This document shows positions 19,097 through 29,391 of a stretch of DNA of 50,411 nucleotides, one piece after another. A program made the translations under genes and the position numbers. Numbering within the stretch: position 1 is the first letter of the stretch; each line of letters opens with the position of its first letter. The stretch is taken from the NCBI GenBank assembly GCA_035607445.1, contig DATMZM010000147.1:1-50411 (forward strand). The letters are read 5' to 3'. This DNA is from Thermoanaerobaculia bacterium (GTDB taxonomy: Bacteria; Acidobacteriota; Thermoanaerobaculia; Multivoradales; UBA5704). The notes beneath the pieces are model-generated. The model saw only the letters and a list, made by a program, of their open reading frames with translations. It had not been told where the DNA came from and did not search any database.

Positions 19097-20229
19097 GCCG
19101 GCAGCTCCTCGCGGTCGCCGGGGAGGCCTCGGGTGATCAGCATGCCGCGCGCCTCCTGGCCGAGCTCGCGAGGATCGAGCCCGGCATCGCCGCGTTCGGC
19201 CTGGGCGGCGACGAGATGCGCCGGGCCGGCGTCGAAACCCTCGCCGACAGCTCCGAGATCTCGGTCGTGGGCATCACCGAGGTGGCGAAGATCCTGCCGC
19301 GCGCGCGCCAGATCTTCGCCGCGCTCCTCGCCGAGGCGGAGCGACGGCGGCCGGCGGCGGCGCTCCTGGTCGATTTTCCCGACTTCAATCTCCGCCTGGC
19401 GCGCGCGCTCAAGCGGCGCGGGATTCCGGTGATCTACTACGTCAGCCCCCAGGTCTGGGCCTGGCGGCGCCGGCGCGTGCGGGCGATCGCCCGCGACGTC
19501 GACAGGATGCTCGTCCTCTTCTCGTTCGAGGCGGAGTTCTACCGGCGGCACGGGGTCGAAGCCGTGCACGTCGGGCACCCCCTGGTCGACGAGGTGCCGC
19601 AGCTGCCCCAGGTCTGGGATCGCCCGGACGGCGGCGGGGCGCCCTTCCGCGTCGCCCTCCTTCCTGGTTCGCGCCGCTCCGAGGTCCGGGCTCTCTTGCC
19701 GCTCCAGCTCGGCGCTCTCGGCCGGCTCGCGCGCGAGGTGCCGGTCGTCGGGACGATCGTCCAGGCGCCGACGATCCCGCGCGATCTGCTCGCGGCGGAG
19801 GTCGACCGGGCCGGAGTGCCGGCCGAGATCGTCGCCGGGGACCGGTTCGCGGTGATCGCCGATTCGCATCTCGCCCTCTGCGCTTCCGGCACCGCGACGC
19901 TCGAAGTGGGCCTCCTCGGCACGCCGATGATCCTCTGCTACCGCTTGGGCGCCTGGACCTACCTGCTCGCGCGGCTGCTCGTCCGCCTGCCTTACGTCGG
20001 CCTGGTCAACCTGGTCCTCGGGCGCCGGGCGGTGCCGGAGATGATCCAGGGGGCCGCGGAGCCGACCCCTCTCGCGGCGGAGGCGAAACGGCTGCTCTCT
20101 GACCCCTCGGCGATCGCCGCGATGCGCGCGAGCCTCGCCGAGCTGCGCGGTCGCCTGGGCGAGGGCGGAGCGAGCCGCCGCGCCGCGCGCGAGGTGGCGT
20201 CCTTCCTCGAGCGGAGGGCCGCGGCTTGA
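19093..20229 (+). CDS. lpxB: lipid-A-disaccharide synthase
   Basis: AGEASGD, VDFPDFNLRLA and YYVSPQVWAWR motifs. Start is the ATG at 19093 inside the track ORF. Confidence 0.9.
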   Translation: MSRQLLAVAGEASGDQHAARLLAELARIEPGIAAFGLGGDEMRRAGVETLADSSEISVVGITEVAKILPRARQIFAALLAEAERRRPAAALLVDFPDFNLRLARALKRRGIPVIYYVSPQVWAWRRRRVRAIARDVDRMLVLFSFEAEFYRRHGVEAVHVGHPLVDEVPQLPQVWDRPDGGGAPFRVALLPGSRRSEVRALLPLQLGALGRLAREVPVVGTIVQAPTIPRDLLAAEVDRAGVPAEIVAGDRFAVIADSHLALCASGTATLEVGLLGTPMILCYRLGAWTYLLARLLVRLPYVGLVNLVLGRRAVPEMIQGAAEPTPLAAEAKRLLSDPSAIAAMRASLAELRGRLGEGGASRRAAREVASFLERRAAA

Positions 20230-22118
20230 GCCCCGTCACCTTCCTCTGGCGCTACGTCCGCCGCTACGCCGGGTGGGCCACTCTCGCGGGCCTCGGCATC
20301 GTCACCTATGCCGCGGCGACGGGCGGCATCGTGTCGCTGATCGAGCCGATCTTCGGCGAGGTGCTGCTCGCCCGGGACGGGGCGCCGAGCGTGCTCGGCA
20401 TGGCGACGCCTTCCGCGAGCGTCGAGAAGGGCGCCGAGAAGAAGGCGAGCAACGCGCCCGACTGGTTCATCCATCTCAAGCGGCGGCTCGATTTCGAGCA
20501 CAAGATCCAGAAGAGCTACGAGTCGCTCAAGCGGCAGTGGGGGATCGGCGACCGCCAGGTCGTCTGGTTCGTGCCGCTCCTGTTCGTCCTGGTGTTCCTG
20601 GTGCGCAGCCTGTCGGACTTCCTCTCGGGCTACTCGTTCCAGCACATGGGGCTCGGCGTCACGACCGACATCCGCAACGACCTCTACCGGCGGATCCTCG
20701 ACCAGTCGAGCCGGTTCCACGCCGACCACCCGTCGGGCGAGCTGGTGGCGCGCGTGGTCAACGACGTCGCCTTGATGCAGAGCGCGGTGGCGAACCGCCT
20801 GCTCGACCTGTTCCAGCAATCGCTGACGCTCGTCGTCCTCCTCGGCCTGCTGCTCTCGACCCACGTCAAGCTCGCCCTGATCTGCCTCGTCGTCGCGCCC
20901 GTCCTGATCTATCCGATCATCCGTTTCGGCCGCGGCATGCGGCGCACCAGCCATCGCAGCCAGGAGCGGATGGCCGACCTCGCGAGCCTGATGAACGAGG
21001 GCATCCGCGGCCACCGGGTGGTCAAGGCCTTCGGCATGGAGGCGTTCGAGCGCGGCCGGTTCGAGGCCGCGACGCGGCGCCATTTGCGCACCAACCTGCG
21101 CGCGCAGCTGCTCGCGAACGCCTCCGGTCCGGTGGTCGAGTCGCTCGCGGTGATCGGCGCCGCGGCGCTCCTGTTCTGGGCCGGGCGCAGCATCCGCGCC
21201 GGCGACCTGACGGCGCCCGAGCTGATCAAGTTCCTGACCACGGCGCTCATGATGTACGACCCGATCCGCAAGCTGAACAAGGTCAACATGGTGCTCCAGG
21301 AGGCGCTCGCCGCAGGCCAGAGGGCGTCGCGCCTGCTCGCCATCCCGGACGACATCGCGGAGCGGCCGGACGCGCGCTCGATCTCCGGCGTCCGGCAGGG
21401 GATCCGGTTCGAGAGGGTCTCGTTCGCCTACGAGGCGCGGACCGTGCTGTCGGACGTCGAGCTCGACATCCGGCGGGGCGAGATCGTCGCCCTGGTCGGC
21501 CCGTCGGGCGCCGGCAAGTCGACGCTCGTCAACCTCCTGCCCCGCTTCTTCGACGTCGACTCAGGAAAGGTGACGATCGACGGCGTCGACATCCGCGACC
21601 TGAAGCTCCAGAGCCTGCGCGCCCTGATCGGGGTCGTGACCCAGGACACCGTCCTCTTCAACGACACCGTGCGCAACAACATCGCCTACGGCCGGTCGGA
21701 TCTGTCGCTCGACAGGGTGCGCGAGGCCGCCGCCGCGGCGTACGCCGACGAGTTCATCCACGAGCTGCCGAACGGCTACGACTCGGTGATCGGCGAGTCG
21801 GGGCTCCGCCTGTCGGGCGGGCAGCGGCAGCGCCTCGCGATCGCCCGCGCCCTGCTCAAGGACGCGCCGATCCTGATCCTCGACGAGGCGACCTCGCACC
21901 TGGACACCGAGTCCGAGGCGCTGGTCCAAAAGGCGCTCTACAACCTGATGCAGGGGCGGACCACCCTGGTCATCGCCCACCGGCTGTCGACGGTGATGAA
22001 GGCGGACCGCATCGTGGTCGTCGAAGGAGGGCGGATCGTCGAAGAGGGCTCCCACGCCGAGCTCCTCGAGCGGGGCGGCTCGTACAAGCGCCTCTACGAT
22101 CTGCAGTTCCAGGAGTGA
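20226..22118 (+). CDS. msbA: ABC transporter permease/ATPase, lipid A exporter MsbA-like
   Basis: Six-TM exporter domain followed by an NBD: Walker A GPSGAGKST, signature LSGGQRQR, Walker B ILILDEATS. Sits next to lpxB. TTG start overlaps the lpxB stop. Confidence 0.7.
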   Translation: MSPVTFLWRYVRRYAGWATLAGLGIVTYAAATGGIVSLIEPIFGEVLLARDGAPSVLGMATPSASVEKGAEKKASNAPDWFIHLKRRLDFEHKIQKSYESLKRQWGIGDRQVVWFVPLLFVLVFLVRSLSDFLSGYSFQHMGLGVTTDIRNDLYRRILDQSSRFHADHPSGELVARVVNDVALMQSAVANRLLDLFQQSLTLVVLLGLLLSTHVKLALICLVVAPVLIYPIIRFGRGMRRTSHRSQERMADLASLMNEGIRGHRVVKAFGMEAFERGRFEAATRRHLRTNLRAQLLANASGPVVESLAVIGAAALLFWAGRSIRAGDLTAPELIKFLTTALMMYDPIRKLNKVNMVLQEALAAGQRASRLLAIPDDIAERPDARSISGVRQGIRFERVSFAYEARTVLSDVELDIRRGEIVALVGPSGAGKSTLVNLLPRFFDVDSGKVTIDGVDIRDLKLQSLRALIGVVTQDTVLFNDTVRNNIAYGRSDLSLDRVREAAAAAYADEFIHELPNGYDSVIGESGLRLSGGQRQRLAIARALLKDAPILILDEATSHLDTESEALVQKALYNLMQGRTTLVIAHRLSTVMKADRIVVVEGGRIVEEGSHAELLERGGSYKRLYDLQFQE

Positions 22119-22753
22119 CGGCGGCGCCGATCTCCTGGCTCGCGGCCCTCTTCATCCGGGCGCTGCGGGCGACCTGCCGGCTCTCCCACCACGGCGACGC
22201 CGAGCTGCGTGGCCGCGAGCTACGGGGCGAGCGCTTCGTGCTCGCCTTCTGGCATCGCCATCTCCTGTTCATGCCCTACGCCTACCGGGGCGAGCGGATC
22301 TCGGTGCTGATCTCGAGCAGCCGCGACGGCGAGCTGATCGCCGCGACCGTGGCGCGCTTCGGCATCGACGCGAGCCGCGGCTCGACCACGCGCGGCGCGG
22401 TCTCGGGATTGCGCGAGCTGCTGCGCAAGGGCCAGCAGGGGTACGATCTGGCCTTCACGCCCGACGGGCCGAAAGGGCCGGCGGGAAAAGTCCAGCCCGG
22501 CATCCTGATGGCCGCGGCCTCGACCGGCTGGCCGATCCAACCTGTAGCGATCGCCGCCAGCCGGGCCAAGCGCCTGGCCTCGTGGGATCGATTTCTCATC
22601 CCGGCGCCGTTCTCGCGGGTCTGCTTCGTCTACGGCGAAGCGTTGACCGTACCGCGCGGCGCGGAGCTGCCGCCGCTCGCGGAGGAGCTCGAACGGCGGC
22701 TCGACGCGTGCGAGAAAGAGGCGGAGAGGCTCGCCGCGGGTTCGCGCGGCTGA
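22115..22753 (+). CDS. DUF374 / lysophospholipid acyltransferase-like protein
   Basis: 212 aa. FWH..L, SSSRDGELIA, and TPDGPKGP are typical of the DUF374 family often found beside msbA/kdtA. GTGA overlap with msbA. Confidence 0.6.
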   Translation: MTAAPISWLAALFIRALRATCRLSHHGDAELRGRELRGERFVLAFWHRHLLFMPYAYRGERISVLISSSRDGELIAATVARFGIDASRGSTTRGAVSGLRELLRKGQQGYDLAFTPDGPKGPAGKVQPGILMAAASTGWPIQPVAIAASRAKRLASWDRFLIPAPFSRVCFVYGEALTVPRGAELPPLAEELERRLDACEKEAERLAAGSRG

Positions 22754-22767
22754 GGAGAGGAGAACGG

Positions 22768-23646
22768 ATGCGCAGCATGACCGGTTCCGGCCAGGCCACG
22801 GCGGAGAATCCGCGGCACGCGATGGCGGTGACCTTGCGCGCCGTCAACCATCGCGGGCTCGACGTCCAGGTCCGGATCGACGAGGCCTACCGGGGCAACG
22901 AAGCGGACCTGCGCGAGCTGTTCGCGAGCGAGCTCGCACGGGGCCGCGTCGAGGCGCGGGTCGAGGTGCGCCCGCTGACCGATCGCCCGGCCGAAGTCAG
23001 GCTCAACGCGGGGGTCGTCGAGGCGGTTCAGGCCGCCGTGCGCGCTCTCGCCGAGCGCGGGCTGGTCGCGGGCGAGCTTTCGGCCGGAGACCTGCTCCGC
23101 CTGCCCGCGGCGCTCGAGGTGACGGTCGCCGCCGACGAATGGACGGCCGAGGACCGCGAGCTCCTGCTGCGCACGGCGCGCGCGGCGCTCGCCCAGCTGG
23201 TCGCCGCCCGCGAGCACGAGGGCGAAAAGCTTCGCCAGGTCCTCGCGGCCAAGCTCGCCGCTCTGGCCGAGCGGGTGGCGCGGCTCGACGCGCTGCGCGG
23301 ACCGGCGCTGGCCGACGCCAAGGCGGCGCTCGATCGCCGGCTCGCCGACCTCCTCTCGGGCGCCGCTCTCGATCCGGCGCGGCTCGCCCAGGAGGCGGCG
23401 ATCCTCGCCGATCGGAGCGACGTCTCGGAGGAGATCGACCGGCTCGGCGCTCACCTCGGCCATTTCCGCGAGGTGGCGGAGGGCGAGGCGGCGTCGGGCA
23501 AGCGCCTCGATTTCCTCACCCAGGAGATCTTCCGCGAGCTCAACACCCTGGGCGCCAAGTGCCGGCACGCGGAGGTCGCGCGGACGGTCCTCGACGCCAA
23601 GGTGCTCTGCGAGCAGATCCGCGAGCAGGTGCAAAACGTCGAGTGA
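22768..23646 (+). CDS. yicC: YicC/YloC family stress-induced protein
   Basis: MTGSG...AVNHR.LD N-terminus and the C-terminal SDVSEEIDRL..H......G.GKRLDFL.QE..RE.NT.G.K motif. Confidence 0.85.
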   Translation: MRSMTGSGQATAENPRHAMAVTLRAVNHRGLDVQVRIDEAYRGNEADLRELFASELARGRVEARVEVRPLTDRPAEVRLNAGVVEAVQAAVRALAERGLVAGELSAGDLLRLPAALEVTVAADEWTAEDRELLLRTARAALAQLVAAREHEGEKLRQVLAAKLAALAERVARLDALRGPALADAKAALDRRLADLLSGAALDPARLAQEAAILADRSDVSEEIDRLGAHLGHFREVAEGEAASGKRLDFLTQEIFRELNTLGAKCRHAEVARTVLDAKVLCEQIREQVQNVE

Positions 23647-24350
23647 CCGCCCGTGCTAGCATCGCCCAGCCGTTTTCTTCCCGATCCGATCTCCGTTTGA
23701 GCCAGAGCCCAACCCACCGCGGCGAGCTGTTCATCCTGTCCGCTCCCTCGGGCGCGGGCAAGACGACGCTCATCCAGAGCCTGCTCAACGGCGGCCTGCT
23801 CGGCCTTTCGGACCTCGCGTTCTCGGTCAGCCACACGACGCGGGAGCCCCGGCAGAACGAGTGCGACGGGATCGACTATCACTTCGTCGACGTCCCGACG
23901 TTCCAGGGCATGATCGTCGCCGAGGCGTTCCTCGAATGGGCCGAGGTCCACAACAACTACTACGGCACCTCGATGGCGGAGGTGTTCCCGCGGCTCGAAG
24001 CGGGGATCGACGTGCTGATGGACATCGACGTCCAGGGCGCCGAACGGGTGCTCGCCCGTTACCCGGAAGCGCACAGCATCTTCATCATGCCGCCGAGCTA
24101 CGCGGACTTGGAGCGGCGGCTCGCCGGACGCGCCCTCGACGACCCCGACGCGATCGCCCGGCGCCTGGCCGTATCTCTTTGGGAGATCAGGCGTTACGAT
24201 CGGTATCGATATGTTATCATCAATGACGACGCGCGCCGGGCGAGCGAGGCGCTCGCGGCGATCATCCTGGAGAAGCGTCACCGGCGGGAGCGCATGCAGG
24301 GCCGGCTCCAGGGCATCCTCTCAGACTTCCATGAACGAGGCGCGCCGTAG
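23643..24350 (+). CDS. gmk: guanylate kinase
   Basis: P-loop SAPSGAGKTT, SHTTREPR..E.DG.DYHF, W.EV..NYYGT. GTG at 23643 overlaps the yicC stop. A later start (TTG near 23698) is possible. Confidence 0.88.
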   Translation: MTARASIAQPFSSRSDLRLSQSPTHRGELFILSAPSGAGKTTLIQSLLNGGLLGLSDLAFSVSHTTREPRQNECDGIDYHFVDVPTFQGMIVAEAFLEWAEVHNNYYGTSMAEVFPRLEAGIDVLMDIDVQGAERVLARYPEAHSIFIMPPSYADLERRLAGRALDDPDAIARRLAVSLWEIRRYDRYRYVIINDDARRASEALAAIILEKRHRRERMQGRLQGILSDFHERGAP

Positions 24351-24398
24351 CGTTCTGGTCGCCGCGCGGTGTCGCCCTTTTGTCCGGGAACACAAACT

Positions 24399-24620
24399 AT
24401 GGTCATGCCCACGAACGTCGACAGCAAATTCCGTTACGTCCTGGTCGCCGCGCGGCGCGCCGAGCACCTGATGCGCGGCGCACGGCCGAAGCTCGAGAAT
24501 CCGCCGGTCAAGAAGCCGACCCGCGTCGCGATGGGCGAGATCGACGGCGAGCTCGTCGCCTGGGGCGTCGGTCCGGCTCCGGTCGTCGAGGCCGAGGTCG
24601 CAGCGGACGAGGCGAGCTAG
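24399..24620 (+). CDS. rpoZ: DNA-directed RNA polymerase subunit omega
   Basis: SKFRYVLVAARRA..L core. Position after gmk. Start is ATG 24399 or 24405. Confidence 0.8.
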   Translation: MVMPTNVDSKFRYVLVAARRAEHLMRGARPKLENPPVKKPTRVAMGEIDGELVAWGVGPAPVVEAEVAADEAS

Positions 24621-24650
24621 AGACCCCTGGTCTCTCGAAGGCGCTCTAGC

Positions 24651-25862
24651 GTGAGTCCTGGCCCGCGCGTCCTCTTGGGAGTGAGCGGAGGGATCGCGGC
24701 CTACAAGGCGGCCGAGCTGGTGCGCCGCCTGCGCGGGCAGGGCGCCGAAGTGCGCTGCGCCCTGACCCGCGGCGCCGAATCGTTCGTGGCGCCGCTGACG
24801 CTCGAGGTCCTCTCCGGCCAGGCGGTCTACGGCGAGGAGTACCTCGCGCCGACCGGCACGGGCGAAGAGCTGCACATCTCGGCCGCCGCATGGGCCGATC
24901 TCCTCTGCGTCGCGCCCGCGACAGCGCACGTCCTGGGGCGCCTCGCCCTCGGCCTCGCCGACGACTTCCTGACCACCACCGCGCTCGCCTTCGAGGGCCC
25001 GATCGTCCTGGCGCCCGCGATGCACTCAAAGATGTGGGCGAAGCCCGCGGTCCAGGGCAACGCCGCGGCGCTCGCGGCCCGGGGCGCGATCTTCGTCGGA
25101 CCGGTCGAAGGAGCGCTCGCCTCGGGCGAGACGGGAATGGGACGGATGGCGGAGCCGGAGGCGATCGCCGCCGCCCTCTTCGCGGCCCTCGGGCGGGGAC
25201 AGCTCTCGGGCCGCACCGTTCTCGTCAGCGCCGGCCCGACGTACGAGCCGATCGATCCCGTCCGCTTCCTGGGCAACCGCTCGAGCGGCAAGATGGGATT
25301 CGCCCTCGCGGGCGAGGCCGCTCGGCGGGGCGCGCGGACGATCCTCGTCGCCGGCCCGGTCGGTCTGGCCACGCCGGGCGGCGTCGAGCGGATCGACGTC
25401 GAAACCGCTGCCGAGATGGCCCGCGCGGTCGCCCAGAGCGCACCCCGGGCGGACCTGGTGATCCTCGCCGCGGCCGTCGCCGACTTCCGGCCGCGCGACG
25501 TGGCCGCGCGCAAGCTCAAGAAGGCGGCGGGAGTGCCGCGGCTCGATCTCGAGCCGACCGAGGACATCCTCGCCGGGCTCTCTCGGATCGCCCCGGGCGC
25601 GGTCAAGGTCGGGTTCGCTGCGGAGACCGACGACCTCGAGACGAACGCGCGCGCCAAGCTCGAGGGGAAGGGAATCGATTTCGTGGTGGCGAACGACGTC
25701 TCCCGTTCGGACATCGCCTTCGGCCGGGACGAGAACGAGGTCCTGGTCTTCCGCCGCGCCGGGGAACCGGTCTTCCTCGAACGCCGGAGCAAAGCCGCGA
25801 TCGCCGCGGCGCTCCTCGACCTGTTCGGCGCGGCGCTGCCCGAGGGGTCCTCGCCGGCATGA
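24651..25862 (+). CDS. coaBC: bifunctional phosphopantothenoylcysteine decarboxylase / phosphopantothenate-cysteine ligase
   Basis: 403 aa. GVSGGIAAYK flavoprotein N-domain and the CoaB domain (ISAGPT.E.IDPVR...N.SSGKMG, AAAVADFRP). Confidence 0.92.
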   Translation: MSPGPRVLLGVSGGIAAYKAAELVRRLRGQGAEVRCALTRGAESFVAPLTLEVLSGQAVYGEEYLAPTGTGEELHISAAAWADLLCVAPATAHVLGRLALGLADDFLTTTALAFEGPIVLAPAMHSKMWAKPAVQGNAAALAARGAIFVGPVEGALASGETGMGRMAEPEAIAAALFAALGRGQLSGRTVLVSAGPTYEPIDPVRFLGNRSSGKMGFALAGEAARRGARTILVAGPVGLATPGGVERIDVETAAEMARAVAQSAPRADLVILAAAVADFRPRDVAARKLKKAAGVPRLDLEPTEDILAGLSRIAPGAVKVGFAAETDDLETNARAKLEGKGIDFVVANDVSRSDIAFGRDENEVLVFRRAGEPVFLERRSKAAIAAALLDLFGAALPEGSSPA

Positions 25863-26590
25863 GCCGCCCGCCTCTCGAGCCCGCCCTCAAGGATCTGCTC
25901 GGCTACCTGAGCGACATCGGCTACGGCGATCTCTATCTGCGCCAGCCGGCCGAGGCGGCCGCCTCTCCTTCCGCCCCGCCACCGGATCCGCCATCCGCCG
26001 CTCGCGTCGAGATCGCGCCCGAAGAGCTCGCGGCGCGCGCGGCCGAGCTCGCGGCGATCTCGGCCCGCGTCGCCGAATGCACCCGCTGCCGGTTGTGCGA
26101 GGGGCGGACCCGGACGGTCTTCGGCACCGGCAACCCGGCGGCCGAGCTGATGTTCATCGGCGAGGCGCCGGGCGCCGAAGAGGACAGGCAGGGCCTGCCG
26201 TTCGTCGGGCGGGCGGGAGAGCTGCTGACCAAGATCATCGAAGCCATGGAGCTGCGCCGGGAGGACGTCTACATCGCCAACATCCTCAAGTGCCGTCCGC
26301 CCGGAAACCGGGATCCGCAGCCGGACGAAGTGGCCTTCTGCCGCGGCTACCTCGAGCGGCAGATCGAGCTGGTCCGGCCGAAGGTCATCGTCGCGCTCGG
26401 CCGGATCGCGGCCCAGACGCTCCTCGGCAACGAGGATCCGCTCGGCCGCATGCGCGGGCGCTGGACCAAGATCCGCGGCGTGCCGGCGATGGTCACCTAT
26501 CACCCCGCGGCCCTCTTGCGGAATCCGGCCCTCAAGCGTCCGACCTGGGAAGACATGCAGCTCGTGCGAGACCGCTTGCGCGGCGCCTGA
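25859..26590 (+). CDS. uracil-DNA glycosylase, family 4
   Basis: C.RC.LC..R...VFG.G...[20 protein letters not shown] and HPAALLR motifs. ATGA overlap with coaBC. Confidence 0.88.
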   Translation: MSRPPLEPALKDLLGYLSDIGYGDLYLRQPAEAAASPSAPPPDPPSAARVEIAPEELAARAAELAAISARVAECTRCRLCEGRTRTVFGTGNPAAELMFIGEAPGAEEDRQGLPFVGRAGELLTKIIEAMELRREDVYIANILKCRPPGNRDPQPDEVAFCRGYLERQIELVRPKVIVALGRIAAQTLLGNEDPLGRMRGRWTKIRGVPAMVTYHPAALLRNPALKRPTWEDMQLVRDRLRGA

Positions 26591-26720
26591 TCCGCCGTCT
26601 CTCCGCGGCTCGAAGTCGCCGTTCTCCGGCCGGGCTCGGAAGGGCGCTTTTGTCCCGAGCGGCAAGGGCTTGCCGCACTTACCTGTCGGAACCCCACGAG
26701 CGGCGGGGAGCCGGAGAACC

Positions 26721-28160
26721 ATGAAGCGAGCGAACGTCTTCTTTTTCCAGTCGATCGACCGGCCGTTCACCAACTCGGTCGGCGTGGGATCGGCCGCCGT
26801 CGCGGAGGCGCTCCGGCAAGCCGGCTACGAGCTTCGGCTCGTCCACGGCAAGCACAGGCCGGCGGCCCCCGAAGATTTTCTCCCCTTCCCGGTCGCGAAA
26901 CGTCTCCGGTCGGTGCCGGCGGCCGACCTCACCGTCTACGACGCGGGAGGCCTCCAGCTGCAGCCGCTCCGGCGCCGGCCCGGCTGCCCGAACGTGGTTC
27001 TGTTTCACGGCATGGCGGGCATGCCCGCCCACTGGCTGGGCAACTCCGCCGAGATCGATCAGTACTGGGCGAATTCGGATTACAGCCGCCGGGTCATCGA
27101 GAGCCTCCTCGCGCTGCCGGACTGGAGCCGGCGGGCGCTTCTCGAGCCGCGCGCCTTCGACCTCGTCGTCCGCCTGACGCTGCCTCTCGCCTGCCTCGAA
27201 GAGCCCGGCGGCGTCATGGTCGGGGAGCCCCTGCCGGAACCGGTCCGGAAGGCGCTCGCGAGCGGCGACCTCTACGGTCACTGCCTCGCGGACAAGGCGG
27301 ATTTGGCGGCCACGGCCGCGATCCTCCTCGAGCTCAACCGCCTGGCCCAGGAGCGCGGCTTGCGGCGGGCGCTGCGCCGCCGGCTGTTCCGCCTCGTCGT
27401 CTGGCAGGGGGTCTTCCTGCCGCTGCGCCTCGCCTTCGAGGGCCGGGGGCCGGCCGAGCTGGCGCCGATCGCGGCCGGCTTCCGCGCGCTCGGCCTGTCC
27501 TTCGAGGACGTCTTCGTGCCGGTGCCGATCATCGGCCAGGAGGCCGTCTTCGAGCTCTTCGGCAGCTGCCGGTTCGGTCTCTTCTACAACTGGGTGCCGG
27601 AGTCGTTCGGCTTCTACCCCCTCGAGTCGGTGGTGCACGAGTCGAAGGTCTACACCAACGGCGTCGGCAATTTCCGCCACCTGCTGCCGCCGGGTCACGG
27701 CATCGACGTCGGCGATCCGCCGGGTCTCGGTTTCGGCGATTTGTCGCGCTGCGCCGAGATCGCGGCCGGGATCTATCGCGACGTCGTCGAGGCGCCGGAC
27801 GCCGCGCGCGCGGAGACGCTGCGCGGGGCCGCGCTCGTCCGCGATCTCTACGATCGCCGGGCGCTCGAGCGCGACCTTCGCTCGGCGCTCGCGCGGCTCG
27901 GCCAACCGCCTCGAGCGCTCGATTTCGAGGCTCTGGTCGTCGCCTGGAGCCCGCTCGTGCGGAGCTTCGACGCCGCAACGCGGCGCATCGTCTCGGATTA
28001 CGGCTCGCGCCAGCTCGAAGAACGGGAGGCGGCGATCTTGCAGAGCTTCCTCGGGAAACCGTGCCGCGATCTCGGCCACGACGCGGAGGAGGTCGCCCTG
28101 CTCGAGGGTTGGTTCGAAAGCGGAGTCCTGGCGCTCTCCCCGCCGGACGGGGTCTCGTGA
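26721..28160 (+). CDS. hypothetical protein, divergent GT-B glycosyltransferase-like
   Basis: 479 aa. The N-terminus resembles a GT4 Rossmann start (VFFFQS....NSVGVGSAAVAEALRQAGYELRLV). PESFGFYPLESVVHESKVYTNGVGN resembles the E..G...lEa...G.PV signature. Weak assignment, by eye only. Confidence 0.4.
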   Translation: MKRANVFFFQSIDRPFTNSVGVGSAAVAEALRQAGYELRLVHGKHRPAAPEDFLPFPVAKRLRSVPAADLTVYDAGGLQLQPLRRRPGCPNVVLFHGMAGMPAHWLGNSAEIDQYWANSDYSRRVIESLLALPDWSRRALLEPRAFDLVVRLTLPLACLEEPGGVMVGEPLPEPVRKALASGDLYGHCLADKADLAATAAILLELNRLAQERGLRRALRRRLFRLVVWQGVFLPLRLAFEGRGPAELAPIAAGFRALGLSFEDVFVPVPIIGQEAVFELFGSCRFGLFYNWVPESFGFYPLESVVHESKVYTNGVGNFRHLLPPGHGIDVGDPPGLGFGDLSRCAEIAAGIYRDVVEAPDAARAETLRGAALVRDLYDRRALERDLRSALARLGQPPRALDFEALVVAWSPLVRSFDAATRRIVSDYGSRQLEEREAAILQSFLGKPCRDLGHDAEEVALLEGWFESGVLALSPPDGVS

Positions 28161-28226
28161 GATGGCTTCCTGCGCTCGACGGCCCCGGAGGTCTCGTGGT
28201 ACCTTAAGGAGAAAATTTTACTGCTT

Positions 28227-28790
28227 ATGCCGGCCCTAGCTCCAGAGCGGTTTGCTGCGGAGTCGTTTGAAGATTTCTTTCGACGTGTGGAACCTCGCTT
28301 GAAGGGCCTGCTTTGGTTCTACCGGATCCCCGTGGACGATGCCGAGGACATCATCCAGGACAGCCTCATGTCCTACGTCTTCACTTCGAGTCCGGTGAAC
28401 GACCCGGAAGCGTGGCTCGTCGGCAGCCTGAAGAACCATTGCCTGATGTACTGGCGCAAGCGCAGGCGGAACGTCTACGCGGCGGTCGACGCGGCGCTTC
28501 TCGACTGGCTCGCCCAGCCGATGCAGCCGCCGCAGGAACGCGCCGACCTGCTCGCCGACCTCGAGCGGCTGATCGATCGCCTCCGTCCGCGTTACCGCAA
28601 CGTCCTGCGCCTGCGCTTCCTGCTCGGCTACGAGCCTCACGAGGTGGCCGAAAAGCTCGGCTACAGCCCGGCGAGCATCGGCAAGATCACCAACCGAGGC
28701 ATCGCCGCGTTGAGCCGCCAGCTCTTCCTCGCCGGCTTCGGCCCGGGCTCGGATCGCCCGGGCCCTTCGAGGCAGCCCCACCGCCATTAA
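28227..28790 (+). CDS. RNA polymerase sigma-70 family, ECF-type sigma factor
   Basis: Region 2 (DAEDIIQDSLM) and region 4 HTH (YRNVLRLRFLLGYEPHEVAEKLGYSPASIGKITNRGIAAL). Confidence 0.8.
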   Translation: MPALAPERFAAESFEDFFRRVEPRLKGLLWFYRIPVDDAEDIIQDSLMSYVFTSSPVNDPEAWLVGSLKNHCLMYWRKRRRNVYAAVDAALLDWLAQPMQPPQERADLLADLERLIDRLRPRYRNVLRLRFLLGYEPHEVAEKLGYSPASIGKITNRGIAALSRQLFLAGFGPGSDRPGPSRQPHRH

Positions 28791-28863
28791 GTGGCGCCGG
28801 ACGGCGGTCCGCGGGCGAAACCCGGGGCGCTCCCCGGCCGTAGGGGCCGTTGGGAGGCGTTTG

Positions 28864-29391
28864 ATGAACCCTGGCACCCCGGAGCTCCTGACCCGCTGGC
28901 TGCAAGCCGAAGAGAGCGTCGACGACGAGTCGGCCGAGGCGCTGCTCGCCGAGCTGGCGTCGGAGCTGCCCGAGTGGTCTCCGCCGCCCGGCTTCGCGGC
29001 GCGGGTCATGGCTCGCGTCGCTCGGGAACAGCCGGCGCGCGGGGTCTGGACGTTTCGTTGGGCTCGCGCTTCCGTCGGTCTCGGCGTGGCGTCGGCGGGC
29101 GTGGCCGTCGCCTGGCTCGCCCCTCTCCTCTGGCTGTTGCTGCCCCGGCCCTCGGCCGCCGGCGGCGTTCGCCTGACGGCCGACCTCTTCGCGCGTTTGG
29201 GCGAGGGTCTCGCGGCGCTCGCCGGTTGGGCCGAGTCGCTGGGGGCGATCCGGCGCGCCCTCGCAGCCCCGCTCGACCATCCGCCGGTGGCGGCGAGCGT
29301 GGCGCTCTTGGCGATCCTCGCCGGCTGCGCCTTTTTCCTCCTTCAGACCCTGCTTCGACGTGAGAGGAGTTGGTCCTATGTCGATCTTTGA
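28864..29391 (+). CDS. putative anti-sigma factor / membrane protein
   Basis: 175 aa. Acidic N-terminal helix followed by hydrophobic helices. Lies directly after the ECF sigma gene and overlaps the next gene by 14 nt. Confidence 0.5.
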   Translation: MNPGTPELLTRWLQAEESVDDESAEALLAELASELPEWSPPPGFAARVMARVAREQPARGVWTFRWARASVGLGVASAGVAVAWLAPLLWLLLPRPSAAGGVRLTADLFARLGEGLAALAGWAESLGAIRRALAAPLDHPPVAASVALLAILAGCAFFLLQTLLRRERSWSYVDL

